Virus record (IMG/VR): IMGVR_UViG_3300033997_000276
Location: 1-54,659 of that record
Source: a virus
Taxonomy: Duplodnaviria; Caudoviricetes
Length of the DNA: 54,659 nt
Strand: one strand, 5' to 3'
Below the pieces are notes generated by a model. That model saw only the letters and a program-made list of their open reading frames with translations, did not search any database and was not told where the DNA came from. Each line of letters starts with the position of its first letter. Positions within the stretch are counted from its first letter, which is position 1. A program made the translations under genes and the position numbers. Below are positions 8,680 to 17,529 of the stretch, piece after piece.

Positions 8680-9420
8680 TTAACGTATTAGCCTAACGCT
8701 TGGGAAGCCGCCATGGGGTAATTCGTTATTTTCGCCAAAGCGTAAGGTGCAGCCTTTTATTGTGCCTGAGCACTGGTCTAGCGCTGGGTTATCGGTTGGT
8801 TGATCTTCATCGGTAAACATGGCCTCTCCTGTGTAGCCACAATCCGCGCCGCGATATTCACCCCGTTGGCACCAGTAGCAATACGCAGTCATTTGCCTAC
8901 CGATTTTATAGCCAGAAAGGTCGGCAGGGTTAGACAGCTCAAAGGTAACGGCGACATTATCCTCGTTGACCTTTTTATCGACATACCAAATCTCAATCGC
9001 TTCTTGAGTTGGATCCGCCTCACTATTGCCGCCGGGGAAGTTGGCTGCATCAAGATATTTTGCCAGCGTGCGGCGAATAGTGACCTTAGCTTGCTCCATA
9101 TTTTGAAAATACAAACACAAGGCACTAATGCTGCCATCGAGGTTAGCCACCGTTAGCGTTGGCGTACTTGGCGAGCCATCTGAGTTAACCTCTACCCCTT
9201 CTAGCTGGGCTGGCCATGGATTGTATTCTTCGCCCTGCCAATAAATCACTTTTGCTGGCAGTGGCTGCTGTGTTTGTGCTGCTTGTGTTAGCTCAGCCTC
9301 GGTATAGCTCAAATTATGGGAATGAAACCGCAGTATATCGGCGCCAAAGGCGGTACCGTCGATTTCGTAGAGAATAATCTCATTGCCCGGTTCGAGGGTT
9401 TGAATATCTGCACTAAGCAT
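8680..9420 (-). CDS. L: Minor tail protein L
   Basis: PTLTVANLDG, RRTLAKYLDAANF, Fe-S cysteines CYWC..YRGADCGY..DQCSGTIKGC..RFG, GGFP. Confidence 0.92.
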   Translation of the reverse strand: MLSADIQTLEPGNEIILYEIDGTAFGADILRFHSHNLSYTEAELTQAAQTQQPLPAKVIYWQGEEYNPWPAQLEGVEVNSDGSPSTPTLTVANLDGSISALCLYFQNMEQAKVTIRRTLAKYLDAANFPGGNSEADPTQEAIEIWYVDKKVNEDNVAVTFELSNPADLSGYKIGRQMTAYCYWCQRGEYRGADCGYTGEAMFTDEDQPTDNPALDQCSGTIKGCTLRFGENNELPHGGFPSVRLIR

Positions 9421-9694
9421 CGGCTGATACCATAGGGAATCTTGCTTTTATTTCTAGCACTTTGGCTCGCCATTTTGCTTCTGTAGCGGGCGTCTTATCG
9501 TATTGCCACTCCAAAAATAACGGGTCTGACTCTTGTACGTATGCCGCCTTTCTTTTTGTAATGACGCCTTCTCCTTCTTCGTAAGATTTTTGATTCATCA
9601 CTGACTCAATCTGCTCAACACTCATGCCGATTTCCAGCATGTAGTCATTTGATGTGTCAGTGTGAGATTTGCCCTCAAAAATATAACTAAACAT
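9413..9694 (-). CDS. Small DGR-associated protein, possibly a tail fibre chaperone
   Basis: SD AGAGGTG before ATG 9694; overlaps the RT stop and the L start; RKAAYVQESDPLFLEWQYD..WRAKVLEIKARFP. Confidence 0.6.
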   Translation of the reverse strand: MFSYIFEGKSHTDTSNDYMLEIGMSVEQIESVMNQKSYEEGEGVITKRKAAYVQESDPLFLEWQYDKTPATEAKWRAKVLEIKARFPMVSADA

Positions 9695-10961
9695 GTTCAC
9701 CTCTTTTAAATGGCTGGCTTAATAGTGAGACTCTTAGCGAAAATGTATCAGCGTGGCTGGCGTGGCCGATCCATGACTGTATCGTTTGGTTTATGTCTTT
9801 AATATCAATCTCTCCAGCACTGTATTTTTTGCGAAATATTTTTAACTTTGCTTTAATGCGCTTTACGCTGCTTTTGCGCAGTAACTTTTTATTTGCGTAT
9901 ATGCGATAGCCAAGAAAATCAAGGCTTCTTCCGGCAGATGCTGCCACGGGGAATACCTGAGTTTTGCTGTTTGTTTTCAGCCTTAGCTGACAATTAATGA
10001 ATCTCTCTATCATCACCCTCCACTGATGCAGCTGCTGCTTGTCGTGATGAATAATCACAAAATCATCCATGTATCTGACGTAATTTTTGGCTTTTAGCGT
10101 ATGCTTAGCGAATCTGTCCAGCTCGTTTAGGTATAGGTTTGCAAAAACTTGGCTGGTGAGATTGCCAAGAGGGATCCCAACGCCGTGCGCGTCAGAAGGG
10201 CTGCTGTCTATGATGTAAAACAGTAGGCACTTGGTGCGCTCACACTGTATTTTAGCGCTGACAAGCGACTTAAGTATGTGGTGATCTATGCTAGAGAAAT
10301 AGCGGCTAATATCCGCTTTTAGCGCGAAAGCCTTGCCGTGCGTTTTCTCTACGCGCCTAATAAAGAGCTGAGCTCTATCAGCTCCCTTGTGAGTTCCTTT
10401 GCCGCGGCGGCAGGCGTAAGAGTCGTGGATGTATTGCCGATCAAAAATCGGCTCGATGATGTTATAAATTGCGCGGTGCACCACTCTGTCTCGAAAGCTG
10501 GGCGCAGATATTAATCTTCGCTTTGGCTCGAACACATAAAAATGGTGGTATGGCGATGATAGGTACATGCCCCAAATCAACTCGTTTTGGATCTGGATGA
10601 TATTTTCTTCTAGATTGTTAAAAAATACTAATGTGCTATTTGATTTCGTTTTCCCTTTGCGGCACTGATAAGCCGCATTTAGTAAATTTTCAAACTGATA
10701 TATTTGCTCAAATAAACAGCCCACTGGCGCACCGGCGGGCGTGGCTAAATCTATTTCGGCAATGGCCGGGGCTAGTGCATCCTTTTCATTTTTGCGCTGG
10801 CAGCACCCAGTAAGATGCTTGCTTCTGGCGTAATCAAGAGCTGGACGGAAACCGATGTTGATGTTCGAGTTCGAACGCGGGTTATTGAGGTTGAGCGCGC
10901 CAAGGCCGGCGTTGACGCCGTTGTTCCAGTTGCCGCCACGGATCGGTTCCAGTGTATTCAT
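9687..10961 (-). CDS. DGR reverse transcriptase; catalytic domain starts near 10724 and the ORF includes TR in frame
   Basis: EPKRRLISAPSFRDRVVH, KADISRYFSSIDH, GIPLGNLTSQ (DGR-type LGxxxSQ), YVRYMDDF, DFLGY. Confidence 0.95.
   Translation of the reverse strand: MNTLEPIRGGNWNNGVNAGLGALNLNNPRSNSNINIGFRPALDYARSKHLTGCCQRKNEKDALAPAIAEIDLATPAGAPVGCLFEQIYQFENLLNAAYQCRKGKTKSNSTLVFFNNLEENIIQIQNELIWGMYLSSPYHHFYVFEPKRRLISAPSFRDRVVHRAIYNIIEPIFDRQYIHDSYACRRGKGTHKGADRAQLFIRRVEKTHGKAFALKADISRYFSSIDHHILKSLVSAKIQCERTKCLLFYIIDSSPSDAHGVGIPLGNLTSQVFANLYLNELDRFAKHTLKAKNYVRYMDDFVIIHHDKQQLHQWRVMIERFINCQLRLKTNSKTQVFPVAASAGRSLDFLGYRIYANKKLLRKSSVKRIKAKLKIFRKKYSAGEIDIKDINQTIQSWIGHASHADTFSLRVSLLSQPFKRGEHV
10839..10946 (-). 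repeat. DGR template repeat (TR), 108 bp
   Basis: Aligns without gaps to 11383..11490; 24 adenines, 10 AAY codons; all 11 mismatches are at TR adenines. Confidence 0.97.
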
Positions 10962-11311
10962 AATGCATTAGCCTGTTTATTGTTAATTGATTTAATCCAT
11001 CCTCCCGTCATTTTGCCAATTTCAACAATCTGCACTATCCATCGCTGATACCGGCTGATGTCGATATAACGCAGATCCTTGGCCAGCCTTATCATCCGCT
11101 TTAGCACCGCTAGTTCTACGTCCAAGTCGGTTAAGGTGGTCTTTTTGTGGTAGCGCTTCATTGCAGTGATGATTAGGCGCTGCATATGCAGCATTGACCG
11201 CCGAATTTCAGCGCCAAGAACATGTGTTTCATGTTTTGGGAATTGCTTAATGGCTTGATAGCCAAACACTATCATCTCTCTGCATTTTTCTTCAATTATC
11301 AATGCTGGCAC
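10958..11311 (-). CDS. avd: DGR accessory variability determinant Avd
   Basis: QFPKHETHVLGAEIR..KKTTLTDLDVEL..EIGKMTGGWIKS; lies between the target and TR. Confidence 0.92.
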   Translation of the reverse strand: MPALIIEEKCREMIVFGYQAIKQFPKHETHVLGAEIRRSMLHMQRLIITAMKRYHKKTTLTDLDVELAVLKRMIRLAKDLRYIDISRYQRWIVQIVEIGKMTGGWIKSINNKQANAL

Positions 11312-11333
11312 TGGCGATACCTTTTAATTAACC

Positions 11334-11351
11334 GCCGCGCTATCGCGCAGC
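11334..11351 (-). promoter_or_regulatory. DGR target-recognition hairpin downstream of VR
   Basis: GCTGCGC-GATA-GCGCGGC: 7-bp GC-rich stem with one T:G pair and a GRNA-type loop, ~20 nt after the target stop. Confidence 0.7.
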
Positions 11352-11370
11352 TAACAGAACACAGTCTACT

Positions 11371-12576
11371 TTACGCAAAATAAGCTGGACGGAAACCGAT
11401 GTCGACGTTCGAGATCGAACGCGGGAGACTGAGGCTGAGCGCGCCAAGGCCGGCGTTGACGCCGCTGCTCCAGTGGCCGCCACGGAGCGGTAATCGCTGG
11501 CCGAAGTTGCGCACGTACACTCGTCCCTGCAAATTATTTGCAGTAGCCGTCTCAATAAGCAGCCGACGCATCAACTCGCTGGGGGTGTATGCTGCATCCT
11601 TTGTTAGTAATTTAAAATCCACGGTAGCCGAATTGCCAGCGTTAGCACTGTCTCCTATTGCTCCAAGTCGGTTGATCACTTGGCTATTTAGCCGTGGCGC
11701 TCCGCCTGTGGGCGAAGTTGAATCGTAAAATGCTTGATGTGAAACCCAGTTAACCTCGGCAACAGATGGGTCATTGTCGAGCGTTGTTTTTATCTGTCCT
11801 TCTGAAAGCAACATTTGATCTTGCCACTCCCAAATATTTCCAACTAAATCGTGGATACCATGCACAGTGTGGTCATGCGTCCATGTTGCAGGGCCTTTTC
11901 CGGTGTCAGTTCTTCCTGTGCCACTCGCGTCACCTGGTACACCATTATCTGCACGGCGGGCCGTTTCATGCAGTTTATCGTGAGCGCGACCATAGTTTGT
12001 ATTGCCGCGGGGCACAGTACCGTTAGCAAGAGACCATAGCGCAATTGCCGCCCACTCATGCATTGACATTAAATGCCAATTCGCGCCTTTGTTGGTGCAC
12101 CGTGATTTTGCTTGATCATAATTAACTCCGGTTAACGGCTGCACACCACCAACAACTGAGCACGTTGTACCTCCAGCGCTGGCAAGATATTTTGCGATCA
12201 ATATTTCTCCGCGTGAGGCTCCGTTTGTCAGAAAGGCGGTTGGTGTTCCCGTTCCAAGTTGTAGGTCAGTTAGGCCAAGCGATTCGTAGGTGAATCGCGG
12301 CACAACAACCATCACATTTGGATTGCCTTGGGCGTCATAAATGACAGTGTTGCGACCGCCGCTTAACGCCTCAACCTCCTGTCGACGTGGATCTTTAATC
12401 AGAATCTGCAGTCCTGCTTTGTCAATGACATGATTATCATTTGACGTGCCGACTTCGCGGGAAGCGGAATGAGTCGGCGAGCTGAAATTAGCATTAAATT
12501 TTTCGGCTAAGTTACGCGCTGTATCGCCGCCAGCTCCCGACGGAGATGTGCCTAGATTGACTGTTGCTATAGCCAT
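11371..12576 (-). CDS. DGR target: Mtd-like tail or receptor-binding protein with C-terminal CLec/FGE-type fold
   Basis: N-terminus MAIATVNLGTSPSGAGGDT resembles a tail-fibre anchor. WHLMSMHEWAAIA, GIHDLVGNIWEW and RGGHW..IGFRP are FGE/CLec motifs. VR is at the 3' end. Confidence 0.9.
   Translation of the reverse strand: MAIATVNLGTSPSGAGGDTARNLAEKFNANFSSPTHSASREVGTSNDNHVIDKAGLQILIKDPRRQEVEALSGGRNTVIYDAQGNPNVMVVVPRFTYESLGLTDLQLGTGTPTAFLTNGASRGEILIAKYLASAGGTTCSVVGGVQPLTGVNYDQAKSRCTNKGANWHLMSMHEWAAIALWSLANGTVPRGNTNYGRAHDKLHETARRADNGVPGDASGTGRTDTGKGPATWTHDHTVHGIHDLVGNIWEWQDQMLLSEGQIKTTLDNDPSVAEVNWVSHQAFYDSTSPTGGAPRLNSQVINRLGAIGDSANAGNSATVDFKLLTKDAAYTPSELMRRLLIETATANNLQGRVYVRNFGQRLPLRGGHWSSGVNAGLGALSLSLPRSISNVDIGFRPAYFA
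11383..11490 (-). repeat. DGR variable repeat (VR)
   Basis: Encodes PLRGGHWSSGVNAGLGALSLSLPRSISNVDIGFRPA versus TR PIRGGNWNNGVNAGLGALNLNNPRSNSNINIGFRPA. Confidence 0.97.
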
Positions 12577-12615
12577 ATTAACTCCATAAATAGATTGGTT
12601 CAGCGCCAGGGCGCA

Positions 12616-12951
12616 TCAAGGATGAAATGCTTGTTCGAAAGTGGCGGCGATGCGATACATGCCGCCGCCTAATGGGGTGTTGGTGACCTGCTTAACTTGC
12701 CATAGCGATGCAGTGCCAAGGGGTGGCGTCCAGATAAATGACGTAGCGCCTTGGTGTTCGTCAAGAAAGGCGACTATCGCCTCGGCCGTGGCTTTGTTTT
12801 TGGTAAACGTCAGCGGCCAGCTCTGCACCTTGCTGTTAATGCCATCGCCTACTGATTGGCGGTAGCCATCACCAAACTGAGCGGTGCGAGTACGATATTG
12901 GGTGTCGCCTGTGGCGCCATTATCTGGCGCCCATGTGAATGTTTGCGGCAT
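12616..12951 (-). CDS. M: Minor tail protein M (distal tail)
   Basis: TFTWAPD..AQFGDGYRQSVGDGINS..FLDEHQGATSFIWTPP..FEQAF. Confidence 0.92.
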   Translation of the reverse strand: MPQTFTWAPDNGATGDTQYRTRTAQFGDGYRQSVGDGINSKVQSWPLTFTKNKATAEAIVAFLDEHQGATSFIWTPPLGTASLWQVKQVTNTPLGGGMYRIAATFEQAFHP

Positions 12952-12954
12952 TAT

Positions 12955-13260
12955 TTATAAGCCTTTCATTTTTTGAATTTTCTGCCAAATAAACCCATTT
13001 GGCTGCAAAGATTCAATCATCATGGCTTCCATATCAGCGGTCACTTGCTGCGTTTTGGCGTTTAGCTGCTTGGCAATATCCATGCGGTAATCACCATCGG
13101 CAGAAACAGTGACTAAAATTCCCGCTAAAACCTCAGAAAACGCTCTCACTCTCTCCCGAATTTCTATTGCAGTTGTATTATGGGTGACATCATTAAAGAA
13201 AAACTGAATAGCGGAATCACTTAGCAAGGTAATTAATACCTCTTTGTTATATTGATACAC
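12955..13260 (-). CDS. Hypothetical protein between tape measure and M
   Basis: Fills the gap exactly; GGAGGG SD upstream. Confidence 0.55.
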   Translation of the reverse strand: MYQYNKEVLITLLSDSAIQFFFNDVTHNTTAIEIRERVRAFSEVLAGILVTVSADGDYRMDIAKQLNAKTQQVTADMEAMMIESLQPNGFIWQKIQKMKGL

Positions 13261-13261
13261 C

Positions 13262-16200
13262 TTAATACCCTCCCTTCATTGCTCGCCAAATCATTCCACC
13301 CGGTCTAAGTTCTAGCGCGATTTGTGTTTTAGTACCTTGCTTAGATGACTCCGCGTAAGCCTTAATAACCTCGTTCATATTTGTATTGTTAGCCCCGTTA
13401 TTGTTATTACTTTCTGGCACAATAATTTGCTGATTGATGATGACGTTAGGACTTGTTCCAGCCATTGCGGCAGCAGGAACGCCGTTATAGGCTGCGCCGC
13501 CAACTACACCACCGTCCGCATAGCCTTTGTGGCCTTTACGCATGGCTTCAACCGTGGCCACACCACCCGCACGGGCGATATCTTGTTGTGACCAAACCAC
13601 CTCACCTTTATGCACGATGCCAGCAGGCTCATACTTGCCACCCGCGCCAGTGTATCCGCCTGATGATTTGCCGTTTTTAATCCATTTTTGATAAGCGTCT
13701 CCGGTGTAATCGGATGCACTACTACCTCCAACAACCCCACCATCTGCAAACCCAAACATGCTGCCAATAAATCCAGCAATGGCTTTTTGCATGGCGATTT
13801 TGGCAAGATCAGCCAAGATAGACTTGGTTAGCTCCGCAAAGTCGGCCTTACCTGAGGTGACAAAGTCGGTAAGCGCGTCGGTCATACCGCCAAAGGCGTT
13901 GTCCATTAACCGCTCTGTTTGCCCAGCCATATCTGCGGCGGCATCAATGTAATTCTCCATTGATGAACGGGCACCATTTGTCCAATCGGCTTGTTTGGCG
14001 TCGAGGGCGATGTAATACGCATTTTTTTCATCAAGCAGTTTTGCTTGATGATCTTTTAGCATCAACAACTGCTGTTGATATTCTTCGTCAGTCGTTCTGC
14101 CAGCTAGGTTATCGGATAATGCTTTTCCCTTGGCGCTTTCTATTTCGCGCTCAATGCTTTGGCGATCACCTAGGCGTTGTTGTGCTTTATCGCCTAAGCC
14201 AAAGCTGGAGAGTTTGTCGGCATTGCGTTGTTGCTCTGCAGCTAAGTTGGCCGCAAGGTTGGCGCTATAGCTTTGTTGACGTAAGGCCTGATCGCGCAAC
14301 TTTATTTGCTCTGCCAGCGCAACGTTCATTTGGTTTTCGGCGCGAAGCTGGTCTTCTTTTGCTAGATAGCTTTTTTGATCTGCCGTGAGAATGTCTTTTG
14401 ATTTCAAATCCGCGATTTGCTGCTCAAACTGCAATAGCTCCTTTTGCGATTGCGTCAGTTTAGTGTTGCTGTCTAGTTGGCCTTGCAAGCCTGCTTGAGT
14501 TTCGCGCAGGCGCATCAGGTAGCTAGTTGCAGCATCATCGGCAAAGGCTTTGGTGGTTTTGGCAGAGTCTTTAAACTTTTCTTCGATCGAGGCGAGTGTG
14601 CGCTTGATTACCTCAGGATTTAGCAGGGCGTTGTTTGGATCATCCTTGCGCAACTCTTCTATTTCTTTATTATATTTTTCAATCTCTTTGGTGCGCTTTT
14701 GCTCATTTGTTAGGCTTTTTTCATTTTCAGCGCCTAAATACTTAACCCGCTCAATGCGCTCTAGTTCAAGCTTTGTACGCTCGCCTTCAAGTCTGGCTAA
14801 TTCTTCCTCTTTCTGAATCTGTTTTACCAGCTCATTACCTTCTGCCTGTAACTTGGCTAATTGGTTTTCACGGCGGATTGCCTCACGGCCAGACCCCTTA
14901 CCCTTAGCAATTAGCGCATTTATTTCTTTTGCATTTTCTGCAAGCAATTGTTTTTTATCTGGGCCATTAAGGTAATACATTGCTCCGCGAATCATCGCGT
15001 CCCAACCTTCAGATGAAACCTCTTTTACCGTTTTCCAAGCGCCCTCGATACGACCAAGGTTTGCAGTAATCTCCTTGGTGCGCTGATCAATAGCATTGCC
15101 ATAGGCACTAAAGGCGAGTTCTGCGGCCTCAGTGGATTTACCCGCTTCTTTTAAGGCAACAATTTGCTGATAGGTTGATGCTGTAAGAAAGTTATATTTT
15201 TTATTAAGTTCTTCGGCAGCTTTTACCGGGTCATCGGCCAGTTTGACAAATTCCGCCACCGTATCAGCAACAGCTTTTCCGGTGACGTCTTCCATTTTAA
15301 CGGCAGCAAGGCCAACTAGCTCGATTTGGCTGGCGGTAAACTTGCCAGTATTGGCAACCTCAGCTAATGCAGCAGCGGCTTGGCGCTGAGTACCGCTAAT
15401 GGCATCAATACGCTTTGCGGCGTCCATAAGTTCGTCAGAGGTGGCACCCGCTGAGTTGCCAGTTAAGATCAGCGCATTTCTAAGTCTATCGGCTTCTACG
15501 CTACCCTGATAATACGCCAGTGCCATTACACCCGCTGCCGCAGCAGCTACGGTAAATGGATTAACTAAACCTAAAATATATGTACCAACACCGCTAATAG
15601 CGGGACCGATGCCGCCAAACATATCGCTGATTTGAGCACCTTGTTGCAGCAATACCGTCAGAGCATCTTGGCCACCTTGCAGTGATACTGCAATATCGTT
15701 AAATTGCGCTGGCAATCCGCGGATTGCCCAACCCAATTGACTTGAGGACTTAGCGCCAGCCGCATACTCCTCATTAGTCCCAACTAAATCTCGGCGCATT
15801 TCAGACAAACGTTTAGAGTAAAGGTCATATTCAGATGAATTTATTAAGCCTTTGGCAGAGCTAGATCTTAATAACTCTTGCGCTTTATCGAGCTCTCTAA
15901 TTTCAAAGATGACAGGATCAAGTCTTTGCTGCAGCCGTTGTAATTCTGACTGTTGTTGCTTGGTTTCCGCCTCAGCCTTCATTTGCGCTTCTGTTGTGCC
16001 ATCAATGGCCGAGCGCATTTGGTTAAGTTTTACTATTGCGCTATCGTATTGTCCCTTATCTATATTACCTGCAGCGAAGGCCGCTGATAGTTTAGTATTT
16101 TGCGATTCTAACTCTGCCAGCTTTGCTGTTACTGGATCTAACTGACGCAATAGCCCTTGCAGTTCCGCTTGCTCTTTTTGCTGAGCAGATTGCAGCCGAC

Positions 16201-16690
16201 CTGATGCGGTATATGCCCTGTCATACTCTTCACGCATTGTTGATAGCTGAGCATTATATTTTGTGAAATCTTCGCCACTGATAACACCCACTTTTACGCC
16301 TTCAGATAACCGCGCTTGCATGTTGTCTAATTCGGCATATTTAGCGATTGCAGGGTCTAGCTGGCTTACGACTCGGTTGATCTGCTTGTATTGGTCAGCG
16401 AAAGCCGAGTTTGCTTCATACGTGGCATTTTTAGTTTGTTCTAAGCGTTCCGATAAGATTTCGAACTCACGACCATTAAATATTCCCTTGTCATTTAACT
16501 CTGCAAGACGGCGCTGCTGAACTTCTAGGCTAGATAGCTGTGATATCAGCGGATCAATCTGTTTCACCATTCTGGCTGTCGCATTTTCAGCCTTTAATGA
16601 TGCACGCTCAGCTTTACTCATGCCTTCAACAAAGCTGCCCGTTTCGGCAAGCATGTTTAGCGTTAGTGTGCCGAGTGACTTATTTGCCAT
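13262..16690 (-). CDS. Tail tape measure protein (lambda type)
   Basis: 1142 aa, helical; LPAQFNDIAVSLQGGQ..LLQQGAQISDMFGG; C-terminal GGKYEPAGIVHKGE. Confidence 0.93.
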   Translation of the reverse strand: MANKSLGTLTLNMLAETGSFVEGMSKAERASLKAENATARMVKQIDPLISQLSSLEVQQRRLAELNDKGIFNGREFEILSERLEQTKNATYEANSAFADQYKQINRVVSQLDPAIAKYAELDNMQARLSEGVKVGVISGEDFTKYNAQLSTMREEYDRAYTASGRLQSAQQKEQAELQGLLRQLDPVTAKLAELESQNTKLSAAFAAGNIDKGQYDSAIVKLNQMRSAIDGTTEAQMKAEAETKQQQSELQRLQQRLDPVIFEIRELDKAQELLRSSSAKGLINSSEYDLYSKRLSEMRRDLVGTNEEYAAGAKSSSQLGWAIRGLPAQFNDIAVSLQGGQDALTVLLQQGAQISDMFGGIGPAISGVGTYILGLVNPFTVAAAAAGVMALAYYQGSVEADRLRNALILTGNSAGATSDELMDAAKRIDAISGTQRQAAAALAEVANTGKFTASQIELVGLAAVKMEDVTGKAVADTVAEFVKLADDPVKAAEELNKKYNFLTASTYQQIVALKEAGKSTEAAELAFSAYGNAIDQRTKEITANLGRIEGAWKTVKEVSSEGWDAMIRGAMYYLNGPDKKQLLAENAKEINALIAKGKGSGREAIRRENQLAKLQAEGNELVKQIQKEEELARLEGERTKLELERIERVKYLGAENEKSLTNEQKRTKEIEKYNKEIEELRKDDPNNALLNPEVIKRTLASIEEKFKDSAKTTKAFADDAATSYLMRLRETQAGLQGQLDSNTKLTQSQKELLQFEQQIADLKSKDILTADQKSYLAKEDQLRAENQMNVALAEQIKLRDQALRQQSYSANLAANLAAEQQRNADKLSSFGLGDKAQQRLGDRQSIEREIESAKGKALSDNLAGRTTDEEYQQQLLMLKDHQAKLLDEKNAYYIALDAKQADWTNGARSSMENYIDAAADMAGQTERLMDNAFGGMTDALTDFVTSGKADFAELTKSILADLAKIAMQKAIAGFIGSMFGFADGGVVGGSSASDYTGDAYQKWIKNGKSSGGYTGAGGKYEPAGIVHKGEVVWSQQDIARAGGVATVEAMRKGHKGYADGGVVGGAAYNGVPAAAMAGTSPNVIINQQIIVPESNNNNGANNTNMNEVIKAYAESSKQGTKTQIALELRPGGMIWRAMKGGY

Positions 16691-16769
16691 GGGGATTCCT
16701 GCTTGGTTTAAGGACTTTGGTTTTACTGCATTAGGCTGGCCATCCTTGGCCTTATTGCTGTTAATCGGT

Positions 16770-17090
16770 TTACTTTTTAATTGCGCTGGCTTTGAGCATC
16801 AGTAACACATCGTCAACGGTGGCTTCTGGCTGCTCAGTTTCATCTAACTGGCTGAAAAGCATAAAATCTTCAAACTTGGCTTTGCCGCCGTGTATGGTGT
16901 TGATGTGATGCATTTGTGCTGCTGCAATGCGCTCTTGCCGCGCTTGGATGCTTAAGGGGCCGAACTTTGCTCGGTAGGCGATCCAGTCGATAACTTCTCG
17001 ATGCGTGAGGTTTTGCTGGGCTTCTTCGATAGTTCGTCCGCCGACTCCTGCGAGCACGAGCTCGTGCCAGAATTCTGAGTCGGCGGTAAG
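16770..17090 (-). CDS. Tail assembly chaperone, T part (-1 frame of a G-T fusion)
   Basis: LTADSEFWHELVLAGVGGRTIEEAQ.. in the -1 frame overlapping G, just upstream of the tape measure gene. Confidence 0.7.
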   Translation of the reverse strand, partial: LTADSEFWHELVLAGVGGRTIEEAQQNLTHREVIDWIAYRAKFGPLSIQARQERIAAAQMHHINTIHGGKAKFEDFMLFSQLDETEQPEATVDDVLLMLKASAIKK

Positions 17091-17446
17091 GTTTCCGGGT
17101 CTGGTTTTAGCCCAATGCCGTTAACCTCGTTAATGGCGCCAATTAACGCCATGCCTAATGAATCGCAAATGGGGCCATGAGCCTCATTGCCAAGAATGTC
17201 GTCAATCTCAAACAAGGGTTTACCCTGCTCATCGACAACACTTGAAACAATGCGAGACGTAAGCGAATCGACTCCATTGTTATAATTGTTGGCTTCGATA
17301 TTGGCGGTAGCGAATGACTTTTTACGGATGAATACAGTAGCTTTGCAGGTGTCACCTGCTGGGTTTATCCACGAAATTTCGCGGCGTTCTGGCTTTGCGG
17401 GAGAATAGGAACCCGACTGAATAAGGCTTGCAACACTTAATTCCAT
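16952..17446 (-). CDS. Tail assembly chaperone G
   Basis: Lies between the tail tube and tape measure genes; RREISW..ATVFIRKKSF..SRIVSSVVDEQGKPLF. Confidence 0.75.
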   Translation of the reverse strand: MELSVASLIQSGSYSPAKPERREISWINPAGDTCKATVFIRKKSFATANIEANNYNNGVDSLTSRIVSSVVDEQGKPLFEIDDILGNEAHGPICDSLGMALIGAINEVNGIGLKPDPETLPPTQNSGTSSCSQESADELSKKPSKTSRIEKLSTGSPTEQSSAP

Positions 17447-17484
17447 GATTATTCCTTAGGATTAAGTTAATTAAGATAAAAAGC

Positions 17485-17510
17485 AAAAGCCCACGGCTTA
17501 GGTGGGCTTT
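17485..17510 (-). terminator. Terminator after the tail tube gene
   Basis: AAAGCCCAC..GTGGGCTTTT. Confidence 0.65.
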
Positions 17511-17529
17511 ACGGATGGTTAAACCAAAA

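Noticed and set aside
9687-10961. RT as a retron, group II intron or Abi RT
   Set aside because: The LGxxxSQ motif, avd and an A-specific TR/VR pair identify a DGR
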